Notes: generated by a model not told the origin, from the sequence alone. A stretch of 25,000 nt of DNA from Penicillus capitatus (GCA_965649825.1 OZ287711.1:1-25000); one strand, 5' to 3'; shown: positions 1-10,806, counted from the first letter of the stretch. Made by a program: numbers and translations.

Positions 1-1854
1 CAATGCATGCACCAGCACCGTCACACTGGACACATCGAAATGTGTGGGATTCGCAGTGAACTGTCGTTTAGAAGCAAGAATGGCAACTTCTGGCTTGAAG
101 TCGAAGTGTGCACACGTCATCAAGAACCCACTCAATTGATTGGGGTTCAGAATTCCTTTTTTCAGTCCTTCGTCGAATGTTGCACTCAATCGTTCTTTCA
201 ATTTCTCTACAACAAAAGCTTTCTGATTGCAGTGACAACTTGGAATGAGTGTACCAGATGGGTTTCTACAGATGATCGAACTGAGACGAAAGTAGTTTAG
301 AAGCTGCCCGGCATGAAACGCATGCAATCCAGACTCCGTCAGTTTGACTCCTTTCTGAATGAAAGATCGCGGCAATGGAGTGTATGGAATGACCAACGAT
401 CGAAGGAATTGCAACATGTCGAGGGGAGAAAACACATCCATCTTGTGATCGACGACTTCACACAAACGCTCCACAAGTTTTCGAGGCTTCGGGATGGACA
501 GATGACTCAAAGCAAGTGCGACATTCATCAGATCCCGTTTTGCGAACTTCTCCATTCTCGACTGCAAGGCGTCATAGAGAGAAGGGAGAAAACGACTTGT
601 GGATGGTCTTGCTCCTCCCAACATAAAAAATCCTTGGACATACTCAACAAGAATCATAATGGTGGATCATCAGACCTGTTGCCGCAGAAATCAATTGTTC
701 CACTGTCATGTCACCGTACTGCGTGCTGGTATGTTCCATAGCTTGTTGGAGAAAGCTATCAAATGGTCGTCCGTTGATAAAGACCGTTCGAAATCGAAAA
801 CCAAACTGACCCATAGAGCGCAACATGATCGAATAACTTGCTGGACTCATGTGACCCAAATGCCTTTCTGCCTAAATCGAGTAAATGACCACGCAGTCTC
901 CGACGCTTGAGGATACTTGTTCCAACAGACTGCGGATGAGACTGTGGTGCTTTTCAATGACCCATGTGTGTTGTTTAACTTGACTCGATACGGACACAAT
1001 GCGATGAAGCATTGTCACGATATGCTCACCATTGATCAAATGTGCTTCGCACTCCAACAGCCGGCGATAAGAATTCAGCAAATCTACAAATCAAACATCA
1101 CCATCGCGACCTTGTGTTGTGCTGGAGGCCTTCAAGGATGAAACGCTTCTCTAAAGTGGGAGCGCTAAACGCCAGATTCTGCAAACTTTTTTTTGCATCC
1201 AATGCGATGAACATAATGGCGTTGTTTAACCGAGACGCCTGTCCTGTGCGAGGAGACACTCTCACTGTATCTCTGGGATCAACACGCATTCCAGTTCGAC
1301 GAAACTGTTCACAGAGGACATCGCGCATAAGGCCCAGGACATTCCATGCACTCTGTTTCACGTCATCTCGCTCCAGACCTCCAACTTTAGCAACCCTTTC
1401 AACCTCATTGATGGCTTCAAGAGAGAGTCGAGAAATCGTCGCGTTAATTGGATCCGGATCAGGAATCGTTGATGGCGCTGGATCATTGTACAAAGGAGCT
1501 CTTTCAACGATGGAACGATGTCGAGGACGACTTAACGACCAGCTCCGATTCTCCAATCGAGTGTCAGATGGGAATTGCTCTTTACTTTTGAACGCGTCCT
1601 GCACAAATCTGCTAGTGAATGTGCGAGTTAACAGTGCAGCAGAACGACTCAACAGGATAGGCGCTGTATTGACCAGATGGATCTTCCCTGGTACTGTCTA
1701 GTCCCGACGTCGCGCATCGTTTGACGAGACGAAACTGCAAACACACGCGATCAACGCCGACAGAACGGGAAACTCGTGGAATGGAGGTTACCGCTTGGTT
1801 GGAATTGAGTTCCTTCCGCGGCTTACACTGTCGCATTAACTGGGAAGGAATCAT
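1..1854 (-). CDS. Alpha-solenoid helical-repeat protein, probably an organelle-targeted RNA-binding protein (OPR/HPR/FASTK-RAP-like); 3' end lies outside the window
   Basis: ATG at 1854. Phase-consistent GT-AG introns at 1653-1599, 1144-1084 and 916-872 join the short track ORFs into one frame, and the frame is open from 660 to 1. Degenerate ~37-aa amphipathic repeats are visible (MSPASYSIMLRSMGQFGF / MTVEQLISAATGL / FAKRDLMNVALALSHL / FSPLDMLQFLRSL / FHAGQLLNYFRL / LNPNQLSGFLMTCAHF / FDVSSVTVLVHAL). The N-terminus is Ser/Arg-rich, like a transit peptide. The junction near 610-680 is not resolved. The family call comes from pattern recognition only. Confidence 0.6.
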
Positions 1855-3257
1855 TCTGGACCATTCAGCAAAGAAACGTCCACGGCGCGTATAACACGCC
1901 TCGTCATTGTCTATGGTGTGTTTCTCGTTCTCGCACTTTAGTCAATAGTGTGTATCGAAAGCGACCTGGGTTTTCGAGGAAGCATGGGCGAGTCCGACGA
2001 GGTCCTCGAGATGCAGGATCCGTGACACCACAGCGAAGACACTTTGCTGACCTCTTGAAATGCCACCTGAATGATTTGAAGGAAAACATCCATGTGATTC
2101 CCTTTTTTCTTAGCTGATCACTTACTCTGTGACAAGTGACTGCTCTCTAGCGGGGGAATTGAAGTCGTTGAACCATTCTTTGCGATGGAGTGGCTATCGA
2201 TCGTTTTAGATGATTACTTAAATGCGTCCGATCTCTAAGAGGCGAACTGTAAATGGAAATGAATTCTGTCAAAGTTTAAACTAAGAAGTGTACCACAATT
2301 GAGCCTTCAGTTAACCTAACGGCAGTCTGGGCTCATAGAAGATAGGGTACTCGCCACGTGCACTTGTAGGCAACAACACAATGCTGTAAAAGTGAACGAG
2401 AGGAGAGAAGTTCAATCTCAACCAAACCATTCATGATCATCGCTTTTATCAGAACCTCTTCAGTGGTCATTATCAGCCTGGAAAGTAGGTACATCGGCTT
2501 CCTTAGCAGGGAAAAGAAAACCCAAGGACATAACTGTTGCGTTGTTCGAATCCCATCCCACTTTTCAACTACGAAAGTGAAAGTGTTGCTCATGACGTTA
2601 GAATCTCGCCATCAGACTCTGCTCGACGACAAGGAAGATTCGCCTTTTCGCCCTCCGTAACTCCGTCCGTCACGGCGACAAAGAAAAATGTGAAGAATCA
2701 GATACCTCTAGTGATTAACATGTGCTCTTTCAGACGTGTTCTGTGTCCTCAAAGAACATAATCGCAGATAAAGTCTCTCAGGATCACAAAAGAGCACATT
2801 CACTTTTAAGGGAAAGAACACGTCACTGTCGCGGCAGTGCATTGCATCTGTTTCCATCGTTCGGGGTACACGAAGAGAACTGGTATAAAACGGCTGCCCT
2901 TTTAGCTATTGTAATCAGCCTCAAGCCCAGCATTCCGTTCTCACGTGGAGTGGATTTCAGGAATTCGCCATGGACTCGACGGGCCGAGTTCTGTAATGTG
3001 CTTTCTGTACTTTATGTCGTCTTTCCTATCGCTGACACTTCAGAAGAAGTTTCGTTTAAGAGAACATTGGTCTGATACGACAACAACAATCTGAAACTTT
3101 TCTTGTTCAAGATGGAGTACAGGATTGCGAAGAAAACACAATCGAGGAACTAAACGCCTTGAGTGGCGGAGCGCATATGGATGATATAATGGAAGGACGA
3201 AGTCCATGACAGAAGAAAAAACGAACACACATGCCCTGATATAATGATGAACTTTAT

Positions 3258-3731
3258 TCAATGCCTATCCAGGCACGATGGTGGTTTTCTGAGACGAGCA
3301 AATAAAACTGGACGTTCATGTAATGGTTGCTGAGGACGAAGCTGATCCCATTAGCCTCCGTAATAACCGCCATCTAGCAACACACCTGTATTATTATTGA
3401 CATGGCGATGTCGGTTTTCTTACTCTTCACATTTTCTTGCCAATCGTTCGACTTGTTATTCTCTCCGCTGGCACACTTGTAGCAATCTTCTTCGTCTTGT
3501 TTGTAATTGACGTGGTGAAGGAGCTTGCTGGAATCGTGATCTACGTCACAGTCCTCGTCCGCGCAACCTTTATTATCATCTCCATCCCAGTTATGCTGGG
3601 ATAGTTCTGTTCGCAGGCACAGACAGACAAGTTGTAACGTTAGCAAAGGGGAAGGTCTTACGTCTGGCAGAAACATGAAACAAGAGGATCCCCGCAAGCA
3701 TAAAAACACTCAAGTTCATCGAGCGCGTCAT
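3258..3731 (-). CDS. Small secreted acidic, Cys-containing protein of unknown function (~116-120 aa)
   Basis: Exon 1 is 3731/3719-3662 and encodes a signal peptide-like MNLSVFMLAGILLFHVSAR. Intron 3661-3607 (GTAAGA...CAG, 55 nt) joins it in phase to exon 2 (3606-3386), which is the track ORF frame (QLSQHNWDGDDNKGCADEDC...DEEDCYKC...). A probable intron at 3385-3330 leads to a last exon ending in TGA at 3258; this last exon is less certain. Confidence 0.5.
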
Positions 3732-6143
3732 GATGAAAGCGCCTGCGGATGGGGAACAAAGAACAAAACGCTACTGTAGACGGAGGTTGCAATCTTCGCG
3801 AATTTATAAGGTCGCAGCGACAGGTATAGACGCGTTCTCGTTGTTCCTTGCATCTGCCTGAAATATCGTTATCTTCTGTGGTCGTGAGAAGTGAAGGAAA
3901 GGCAATACGATTCTTGGGGACGCGACCCGCGGTTCGAAGACCGCTTCGCCACAACAGGAGATTATCCGAGGTTTATGAATGCATACTAGTCACGTTCGAT
4001 GAAACTGTACACTCTCAAGTATCTGAATAGCTGCTGATGGAACGATTGGTCGTCCATTGGGCATAATCCATGACCTTGTGAGAATGGCGCAATAGAGGCT
4101 TGTCTTACTGCTCTAAGAAGTGGACGCCGTACGAACGCTCGATCTCTTGATCGACTTTAGAAAAAAGCGTTCATCTTTCTTCGCCTGCGTCGAAGAAGAT
4201 CGCATTCCTGCCCATTGACCTTCGTCACAGATGTCTTTGAACAAGCAGCTTCTATAAAACAAGTTTTGGTCAGATACAATATGTATCCCACAGCACTGGG
4301 TATTGATGCTTTTTGAGAAAGTTACTTGAAACGAGTCTAGAACCACTCGTTTCGTCTATTCTGCTGACGTTAAGCACTTCGCCTCATCCGCAGTACGAAA
4401 TTGGATGCCACAACCGGTTTCTGTCGACGTCCTTGATGGTCTTATTGAAACTGGACCAACCGACGGCGTCAACGCAGGGTCAATCGGGAGTAGAGATCGC
4501 GCAGCTAAGAATAAGTGTGCTGTCATCACGGACAGGAAACGAAATGGCGATACGTGCGTCTTGGTCTGCATCTGCGTCTTTTCAGGACTTCGCAGGACAA
4601 ACCGAATGTTGAAAAATCAGAAAAGTAAATTGAAAATGAAAATGGTCTGCATCGGCGGCGACCATGTTACGTCAGTTCGTTTGTGCCTGTGTAAAATGCA
4701 GCGATCCGCAATAGGACTAGCATCTCAGTCACCTTAAGTTTTGGAAGAGATGCTTAATCGCAGGATCTTTCTTATGATCCTAGTCTCTATGTATACAAAA
4801 TGGTGCATTGTTACAAAAGAGATCGTTGGTGTGTTTAATAGTGGAGGACAGAAGCAAATGTCGACTAGCTCAGATATCTACCCACAGTAGAGGATCGGGT
4901 AAGCTTATCGACTTGTTTAAAGGCATGTGAACATGAATGAACGACAAAAAGCTGCGCCTTAATGTTCTTGATGAACTATTTTTAAGACCGATTGTGTTTT
5001 TCTATCCGATACGACATAACAGCACAACAAATACAAACAGCAGAAAGTAGTCTGGATTTCTTTCTGTTTTGAATTTTTGCTGCATCGAATCCAGAACTTT
5101 AGCCACTGTTGAATTAAAATGAACTCCCCTGAAACTAACTCTTTGAGCTCATTTACGAAACGATGCAAGGGAAAGCGTCCCGTTTAATCGTGAACGCATC
5201 TTACCTGTCTTGAGGACGGCAAACGCATTCGGAAAGTAACCCTGTATTTCATACAATCGGCCACTTTCACTGAAGGATTCAAAGGAATACTGTAAGGAAT
5301 GCAGTTTTATACTGCGTACTGCCCACACAGGCTGTTTGTTGTACCCTCCGTAATGATCCCGCTTTGTCAAATCTAAGATGATTGAACATGACGATGACGA
5401 TGTCATCTGAGCTGGACAGAGTTCTGATGATGTTCGATACAGGGCAGTGTCATGTTCAGCTTCTAACTGCGTTTTGCGAATTTGTTTTCTATTCCTCCAC
5501 TAACAGTGCATTTAGACAAAAGCTTGTCGTCTAATCAGATTTAGTAAAATCTCATTTGATGATTGATTGCCTCGCGCATTTCAGTGATAATGCCGAACTG
5601 AGGATCCTGACTGCGGCTTCCGTCTGTACTAGTGATTGATCAGTCAGTGACAGTGATTTATTCTCACTGAAAAACATTAGTCGGACGAAAACGAACGATT
5701 TCTTACGATATCCCTTTGAACGAATGTCCAACCGTAGGGGGAGGAAGTTTGGAAGAATTCGAAAACCGTACAAGTGTCTCTGTTTATTCATAACGACCAT
5801 ACAACTTTATCATGTCGCCAAGGTGTCGCAGACAAGTTAGCCGCCAGCCTCCGGCGGAACTCCTGTCTTAGCCTGAAAGCATCAGAATGCAGAATACAAG
5901 CTGTTCCTCTCGCATCGTTCCTGTTGTACAACGTGTACTTCGTGGACAAGTGACAGAAGAGACAACTTCTTGTCTTTGATTGGCAGCTAAGCTACCCGTC
6001 GACAACGGTCAGACGTCTATGCAACACTGGAACTGATTTGAAGCTTGTCTTAAAAACGCCAACCTCCAACAGACGTGAAGACATATAGCACGTGTTCTTC
6101 GAATTAGTCTTCAAAGCTCGTTCAGTTATAGAGTGCTTCCGCC

Positions 6144-7228
6144 ATGAAGACGATGCGACCGGCATTTTTCACCGCCCTGGCGTTGCTCTGTCTTTTCAGT
6201 GTCGAAGGAGAACGTTTGAAAGGTGGATGCGTTTTCACCTGCTTCAGTTGCTGTATCACTCACTGCTTTTGTGTGCCCTTTCAGTTGGCGGACTCTGCGC
6301 TTGTACAGCACTCCACGATCCTGTCTGTGGAACCGACAAAAAAGACTACTCGAATAGAGGCTGTGCAGATTGCGCTGGCGTAAAAGTCGCTTGCAAAGGC
6401 AAGTGTCCTTGCAAGTCTCCAATTAACGGCTGCGTCTGCACCACGGAGTACGCTCCGGTTTGCGGAGTCAATGGAAAGACATACTCGAACAAATGTAACG
6501 CCGACTGCGCCAACGTTGCAGTCAAGTGTCCAAAAGAATGCCCCTGCAAAGCAGAAGAGTGTTCCTGCGATCCAAAGCCAGTGTGCGGATCAAATGGTGC
6601 AACATACCTGAACAGATGCCAAGCGAAGAAGGCTGGTGTTGCCGTCGCATGCGATTATGCGTGTCCATGTGCGTTACCATTCCCTTATCTCACAACCAAT
6701 GTTCTTCTGTTGTATTGCAGGCCGTGCTTCTGTTCCTTGTGATAACATTTCTTGCATATATCCCTGTTCAAGGCCCGAATGTCCAGCAGTTCCAAATGCT
6801 CGATGTATCGGTACTGGCCCATGTGGTTGCGCAGAAGTCTATTACGCAGACTGCAAAATCGTCGATTGCAGTACGGCAATTGTTTTCTGAGTACGTACGA
6901 CATGTGTGATATGATGACACCTAGGTGCTCAACCGCAGCCAAGCATTGTCCCTACACCTAGTGTACGTCCCTCGTTCTGCTTGAAGGAAGTGAGCATGAG
7001 CAGTCTTGTCATGGTATGTGTATCTATCTATTCTTGCTGCAGGGCTGGACATGTGACTTTTCCAACGGATATCGTCCAAAGAAGGATAGATGCTGCCCTG
7101 GACTGAAGTGTTGTGAGGATTGCGTCAAAACCATCGGCAAAGGAGATAAACATGACATTAATGCCCTTCATTTGTTCCCATTCCCAACTAAGAAGAAATG
7201 CATGCGTCGTTGCCCTAAGTGTCGTTAG
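6144..7228 (+). CDS. Secreted multi-domain Kazal-type protease inhibitor-like protein (3 Kazal-like domains, a Cys-rich module, a Pro-rich linker and a C-terminal knottin-like module), 287 aa
   Basis: Exons 6144-6222, 6285-6668, 6721-6870, 6925-6989 and 7043-7228 total 864 nt, with all four GT-AG introns (52-62 nt) in phase. Signal peptide MKTMRPAFFTALALLCLFSVEG. Kazal motifs CACTALHDPVCGTDKKDYSN, CVCTTEYAPVCGVNGKTYSNKC and CSCDPKPVCGSNGATYLNRC. The C-terminal module reads CLKEGWTC...RCCPGLKC. Confidence 0.85.
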
Positions 7229-7747
7229 ATACATTTTATGATTCATCTGTGATCTCTGTCTGTCTTTGATTTCGTTTGCTTTTCTGTTAGCTGTTGTTAA
7301 CATGAACCTGGCTTTCCTTTCTATTTGTATGGCTCTGTCAGTACACAGAGCTCGATGTGTGCCGTCGGATGTTGCTGTAGTTGGGGCGGACGAAAGTGAG
7401 GACGCGGGCGAAGCAGCGAGACAATAATGCGTGAAAAATAATCTGTAAGGTTGGTATGTTGAATCTGTATACAAAACCTTCACGTTGACATGACCGTTTA
7501 ACATTCAGCTTCAGTAATCACGTCAGTGCAGAAGCAGCAACCTGCACCAATAAGGCCTTTCGATCTCGCGCGATTTCGAATTGGAGGCACTCATAAAAGG
7601 CTCGGGTCCACAAAAAACGGATGCCATGTTCATTACAGCAACGATGCGTCAGTTGCCAATTCGTCGTACGAGAGGTCGTGCAAAATTCTCGAAAACGAAA
7701 CTCGGACAGAACATGGTCAACAATCGCGTGCTCTTTGAACGCCGCGT

Positions 7748-8228
7748 TTAGCAAATCCCAAGAGTTGTGGGATAAGAGAGAGTGGGCTTCGTCTGTGAGA
7801 AGAAGAACCTGCAAACGTACGTTTCCCAGTTGAAATCGAACACAACGCACTCTACATGCCGCCACCATGCACTGCTTTGTCATTTAGGAGGAGGCATACC
7901 CTTTATGTATTCGCAGCAAATGGCAATGCACTCATCGAAGTCCCTAACCTTGTCTTCACCGAAGGGCTCTGTGTTCCACTTCTCTCCTGGTATAAGCTCT
8001 ACGCAGCACAGTGAAGATGGAGTCTTTGAAGATTCACCCTTACTTGCGCTGTTTTCGACACGGTTTCTCGAAGATCCTTTCCCGACAATGCCATCACCCT
8101 CGCCCACGTAGGCATTTGCCTACGAGATATAAAAGGCAGTCGGTAAACACCGGCGACAGAAAATTGTGCCTTACCGAGTAGAAGCACAAAAGGGCGAGGA
8201 TAATCAGAATTTTTGCGTTGGCGGACAT
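7748..8228 (-). CDS. Small secreted protein with a PAN/apple-like domain, 125 aa
   Basis: Exons 8228-8175, 8119-7900 and 7851-7748 total 378 nt, with introns GTAAGG...TAG (55 nt) and GTATGC...TAG (48 nt) in phase. Signal peptide MSANAKILIILALLCFYSANA. The mature part contains DFDECIAICCEYIKECVVFDFNWETYVCRFF, which has PAN/apple-like Cys and aromatic spacing. Ends in TAA. Confidence 0.7.
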
Positions 8229-9294
8229 GATTCGCGAAGATCAAGTAGGCGTTCAAGAAAACCGACGAAACGAAAAACCTCGGCGGCAAAGAGGAAAAAT
8301 GACGGCGGCCGAAGGAACTGCTCGAATTTATACAATTTTCTATCTAACTGTCGTGTCTATTTTTTGCTGCAAACGACAAACGAAAGCATCTGGTCGAGAG
8401 TGGCGGCTGCTTTATTCGCTGACGCAGACAGATAGAAGACTGCAGATTCCATCACAGTTAGCTTGCCTGTCGCTGTGAAGTTTCTTGGCATCTGTAGTGC
8501 TGCATGCAAAACCACCGACGATGTGACGTGCGGTGGTAGGCGCAATCTCTCGCTGGCGTGCTGTAGCCGCACACATCACTAACAGTTGTTTGCTGCTCAG
8601 TTCCTACAAAACAATGGAGAAAGCGAACAGAGTGATCGCTTAGACTGCCTAATGGCTGCAGTAAATGTCAAGATCTAAACCACCAGCTCGATGATGCCTC
8701 TGGACTCACCCAGTGGTCCAGAAGACTGAAAACACTTCGACTGTCGAGTAGATGGACCAATTACACTTTCCTTGTAGTTCTACAGAAGGGTGCATGAGAG
8801 AAGGTGGCGGATTGTCATCGAAGATCTGTGACACTGGTTTGCTAAAAATGTGGCGCTTTCATGATGACTGTTGGTGAACGACGGGAATGAAACTCTTTCA
8901 ACTCTCGATCAACAGCTGAGCAGCTTTTTCAATCTTCGCACCCCGATCGGACAGTTGGGTAAAGACACGGACGGCTCCGTTCATGGAGATACAAAAAACA
9001 ACAGCAGAATGCAGGTGTCCACTCCTTCCTTTTCTTCATGTCATGTTAGACTAGAGGACGAAGCACATTTTCCGTTTCCACTCGAATCCAGTGTCTATCT
9101 GACATATCGCGGACATGTGCGTTGCCATTCCCTAAGGCGGTTCCACTTCACGGCTCCACTGTTGTGAACGACACTGACAAGCAGCTGTTACAAGGAGTCA
9201 AAACAACTCGCCATCAGTTGAGAAATGGATCGATGCAGTCCAATCGACCCAGATGTTTGGCAGAATTCTTTGGGGATCCCTTGCAGATGACAGA

Positions 9295-9299
9295 CAACA
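9295..9299. repeat. Target-site duplication CAACA (left copy)
   Basis: CAACA immediately precedes the left LTR, and the same pentamer follows the right LTR at 10807-10811. Confidence 0.9.
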
Positions 9300-9396
9300 T
9301 GTCAGCGGAAGGCTTCACTGATTACAGAGCAAGGTACAAATGTGTTCACATCCATGTGTTCATACGCTACAGGTGATGTGACAGTCTTGTCTGACA
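9300..9396 (-). repeat. 3' LTR (97 bp)
   Basis: Base-for-base identical to 10710-10806 on manual comparison. TG...CA ends with a 6-bp terminal inverted repeat. Contains TGTAA on the minus strand at 9326-9322. Confidence 0.95.
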
Positions 9397-9399
9397 TGG

Positions 9400-9414
9400 T
9401 CCCATCCACCTTCC
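9400..9414 (-). promoter_or_regulatory. Polypurine tract
   Basis: GGAAGGTGGATGGGA (13 of 15 purines) on the minus strand, separated from the 3' LTR by CCA. Confidence 0.6.
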
Positions 9415-9468
9415 GTTTGCGCAGACTCCGAAAACGTGAAAACCCTTCGAAAAATGAACAGAATTAAG

Positions 9469-10551
9469 TCAATCGATACCCGAGGTAAACGTCCGTTTAA
9501 ACACTGAGAAAATGCTCCATCCTGTAGATGCTACCTCATCAATCGCTTCTTGTGGACCCTCCGCTCTCTGACGCGCATCCGATGTCGTCGGAGTTGCTGA
9601 CTCGACCGCACCCAAAGCCCGCGCCCGCGGACAATCCTTAATCAGATGCCCTTTGCATCGGCAGAAATAACAGATTCTGCCTCGACCGACGATCCTTGCG
9701 CCATCTTCTTTTGTCACGTCAGTCTTCGTTCGCCGTTTCTGTGGATACCGTCCAATGTCGTGCAGCACTCGCTTCATCTGCTGCAACGTCTTCGAACTTC
9801 GTTGTCTTTCTAGTGTCCTCGTCGACATCACCTCAGCTGTCCTTTCGAAGCTCGTCTGCACATCCTTTTGTAGTGTCTTCACCTCGTTGGCTAGCGATTG
9901 TAGACATGGCACCAAATCGGGTGCCGAAATGAAATTCTTTTTCGCCTCTGTGAAGGCCGTTTCAGTCTCTGTCAGTTTCTGTTGTAGAGAGGAAGCTTCT
10001 TTGCGGGCCTTGTCTACTTCGTGTGTTGCCTGGTGGACATCCTGTAGGGCCTCGATCATGCCTTGTCGTTCCTTGGTAGCGTTTTGTTGCGCCTCATCAA
10101 CGTCTCCTCGCAGTTTCTCGTTAATTCGCCGCTCTTCCTGCAGGCTTTTCAGCAATTCTTCCTTTTCCGCGCGAATCACGCGCAACGCCCTTTGTGCATT
10201 GGTGAGGTTTTCACCTGTTGCGGTCAACTCGCGCCGCAGTCCATCACTCGCTTGTCTTTCTTCCTGCAGCCTCTGCGGCAGGTCACGTCTCTCCCGTACC
10301 CATGCGCCAATCCGCTCGAGAAAACGCTTCATCTTATTCATGTCCACCAACCAGTACCACGCATCGTCGACAACGTCCTCTGGCTGCGTCAACACCGGGC
10401 GTCCCCTCAGTTTAGGGAAACAGTTTTCGTCTTCGCCCGCTTCGGTTATAACGTTAAGCAAGGCATAGTCGCCTAGTTGATATGTTCCATACAGACTTCT
10501 CCTTCTCTCTTCATCTTGACCCTGCTCTCTCTGTTGTGGTGCTCGACTCAT
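9469..10551 (-). CDS. Gag-like protein: long coiled coil plus one CCHC zinc knuckle (360 aa from the first ATG)
   Basis: Intact intronless ORF filling the element interior; the first in-frame ATG is at 10551, while the track's GTG start is at 10641. Contains CYFCRCKGHLIKDC (CX2CX4HX4C) and a heptad-rich E/K/Q/R/L segment of about 170 aa. Confidence 0.85.
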   Translation of the reverse strand: MSRAPQQREQGQDEERRRSLYGTYQLGDYALLNVITEAGEDENCFPKLRGRPVLTQPEDVVDDAWYWLVDMNKMKRFLERIGAWVRERRDLPQRLQEERQASDGLRRELTATGENLTNAQRALRVIRAEKEELLKSLQEERRINEKLRGDVDEAQQNATKERQGMIEALQDVHQATHEVDKARKEASSLQQKLTETETAFTEAKKNFISAPDLVPCLQSLANEVKTLQKDVQTSFERTAEVMSTRTLERQRSSKTLQQMKRVLHDIGRYPQKRRTKTDVTKEDGARIVGRGRICYFCRCKGHLIKDCPRARALGAVESATPTTSDARQRAEGPQEAIDEVASTGWSIFSVFKRTFTSGID

Positions 10552-10697
10552 CCTTGCCGAGGCTTCTTGAAATTCCTTGGTTCGTCTAGACACGTCTAGA
10601 CAGGTCTCAACAACTTCCACACAGGAAGATGCGTAAAGCACGCAGCAAAACGCTTCACGTCACACAGACGGAGTTCAACCGAAGGAGCGTAGACTCA

Positions 10698-10709
10698 GCT
10701 CCGAAACCA
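10698..10709 (-). promoter_or_regulatory. Primer-binding site, initiator tRNA-Met-like
   Basis: TGGTTTCGGAGC abuts the 5' LTR and matches the canonical plant-type iMet PBS TGGTATCAGAGC at 10 of 12 positions. Confidence 0.65.
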
Positions 10710-10806
10710 TGTCAGCGGAAGGCTTCACTGATTACAGAGCAAGGTACAAATGTGTTCACATCCATGTGTTCATACGCTACAGGTGATGTGACAGTCTTGT
10801 CTGACA
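10710..10806 (-). repeat. 5' LTR (97 bp)
   Basis: Identical to 9300-9396 and immediately followed on the minus strand by TGGTTTCGGAGC. Confidence 0.95.

Larger units (their letters stand above)
9300..10806 (-). mobile_element. Complete non-autonomous LTR retrotransposon (1,507 bp; TRIM-sized LTRs, gag-like ORF only, no pol)
   Basis: Two identical 97-bp direct repeats with TGTCAG...CTGACA termini, flanked by a 5-bp target-site duplication CAACA. A PBS-like and a PPT-like sequence and a single ORF are all co-oriented on the minus strand. Confidence 0.93.

Noticed and set aside
860-920. TAA/TAG-to-Gln reassignment (known in some ulvophytes), suggested by the in-frame TAG at 874-872
   Set aside because: That TAG is the acceptor of a 45-nt in-phase intron, and modelled genes end cleanly in TAA or TAG.
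2300-3250. Long frames with sparse stops on both strands
   Set aside because: No coherent exon chain or motif; left unresolved.
3950-4620. Minus-strand frame with protein-like text interrupted mainly by TGA (possible readthrough or pseudogene)
   Set aside because: The frame also contains TAG and TAA stops, has no recognisable family and no start. I cannot distinguish it from chance or a decayed gene without a BLASTX search.
4959-5800. Minus-strand gene fragments (5149-5406 with a strong GTAAGA donor; 4959-5168; 5552-5800)
   Set aside because: Probably partly exonic, but I could not build a phase-consistent model with a start and stop, nor identify a product.
7028-7883. Minus-strand ORFs 7028-7504 and 7518-7883 as genes
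   Set aside because: They overlap the last exons or 3' UTRs of the convergent Kazal and PAN genes. There is no supported ATG or splice model and no recognisable motif.
9300-10806. DIRS/tyrosine-recombinase element or DNA transposon
   Set aside because: Direct identical TG...CA LTRs plus a 5-bp TSD indicate integrase-type insertion. No recombinase or transposase is encoded.
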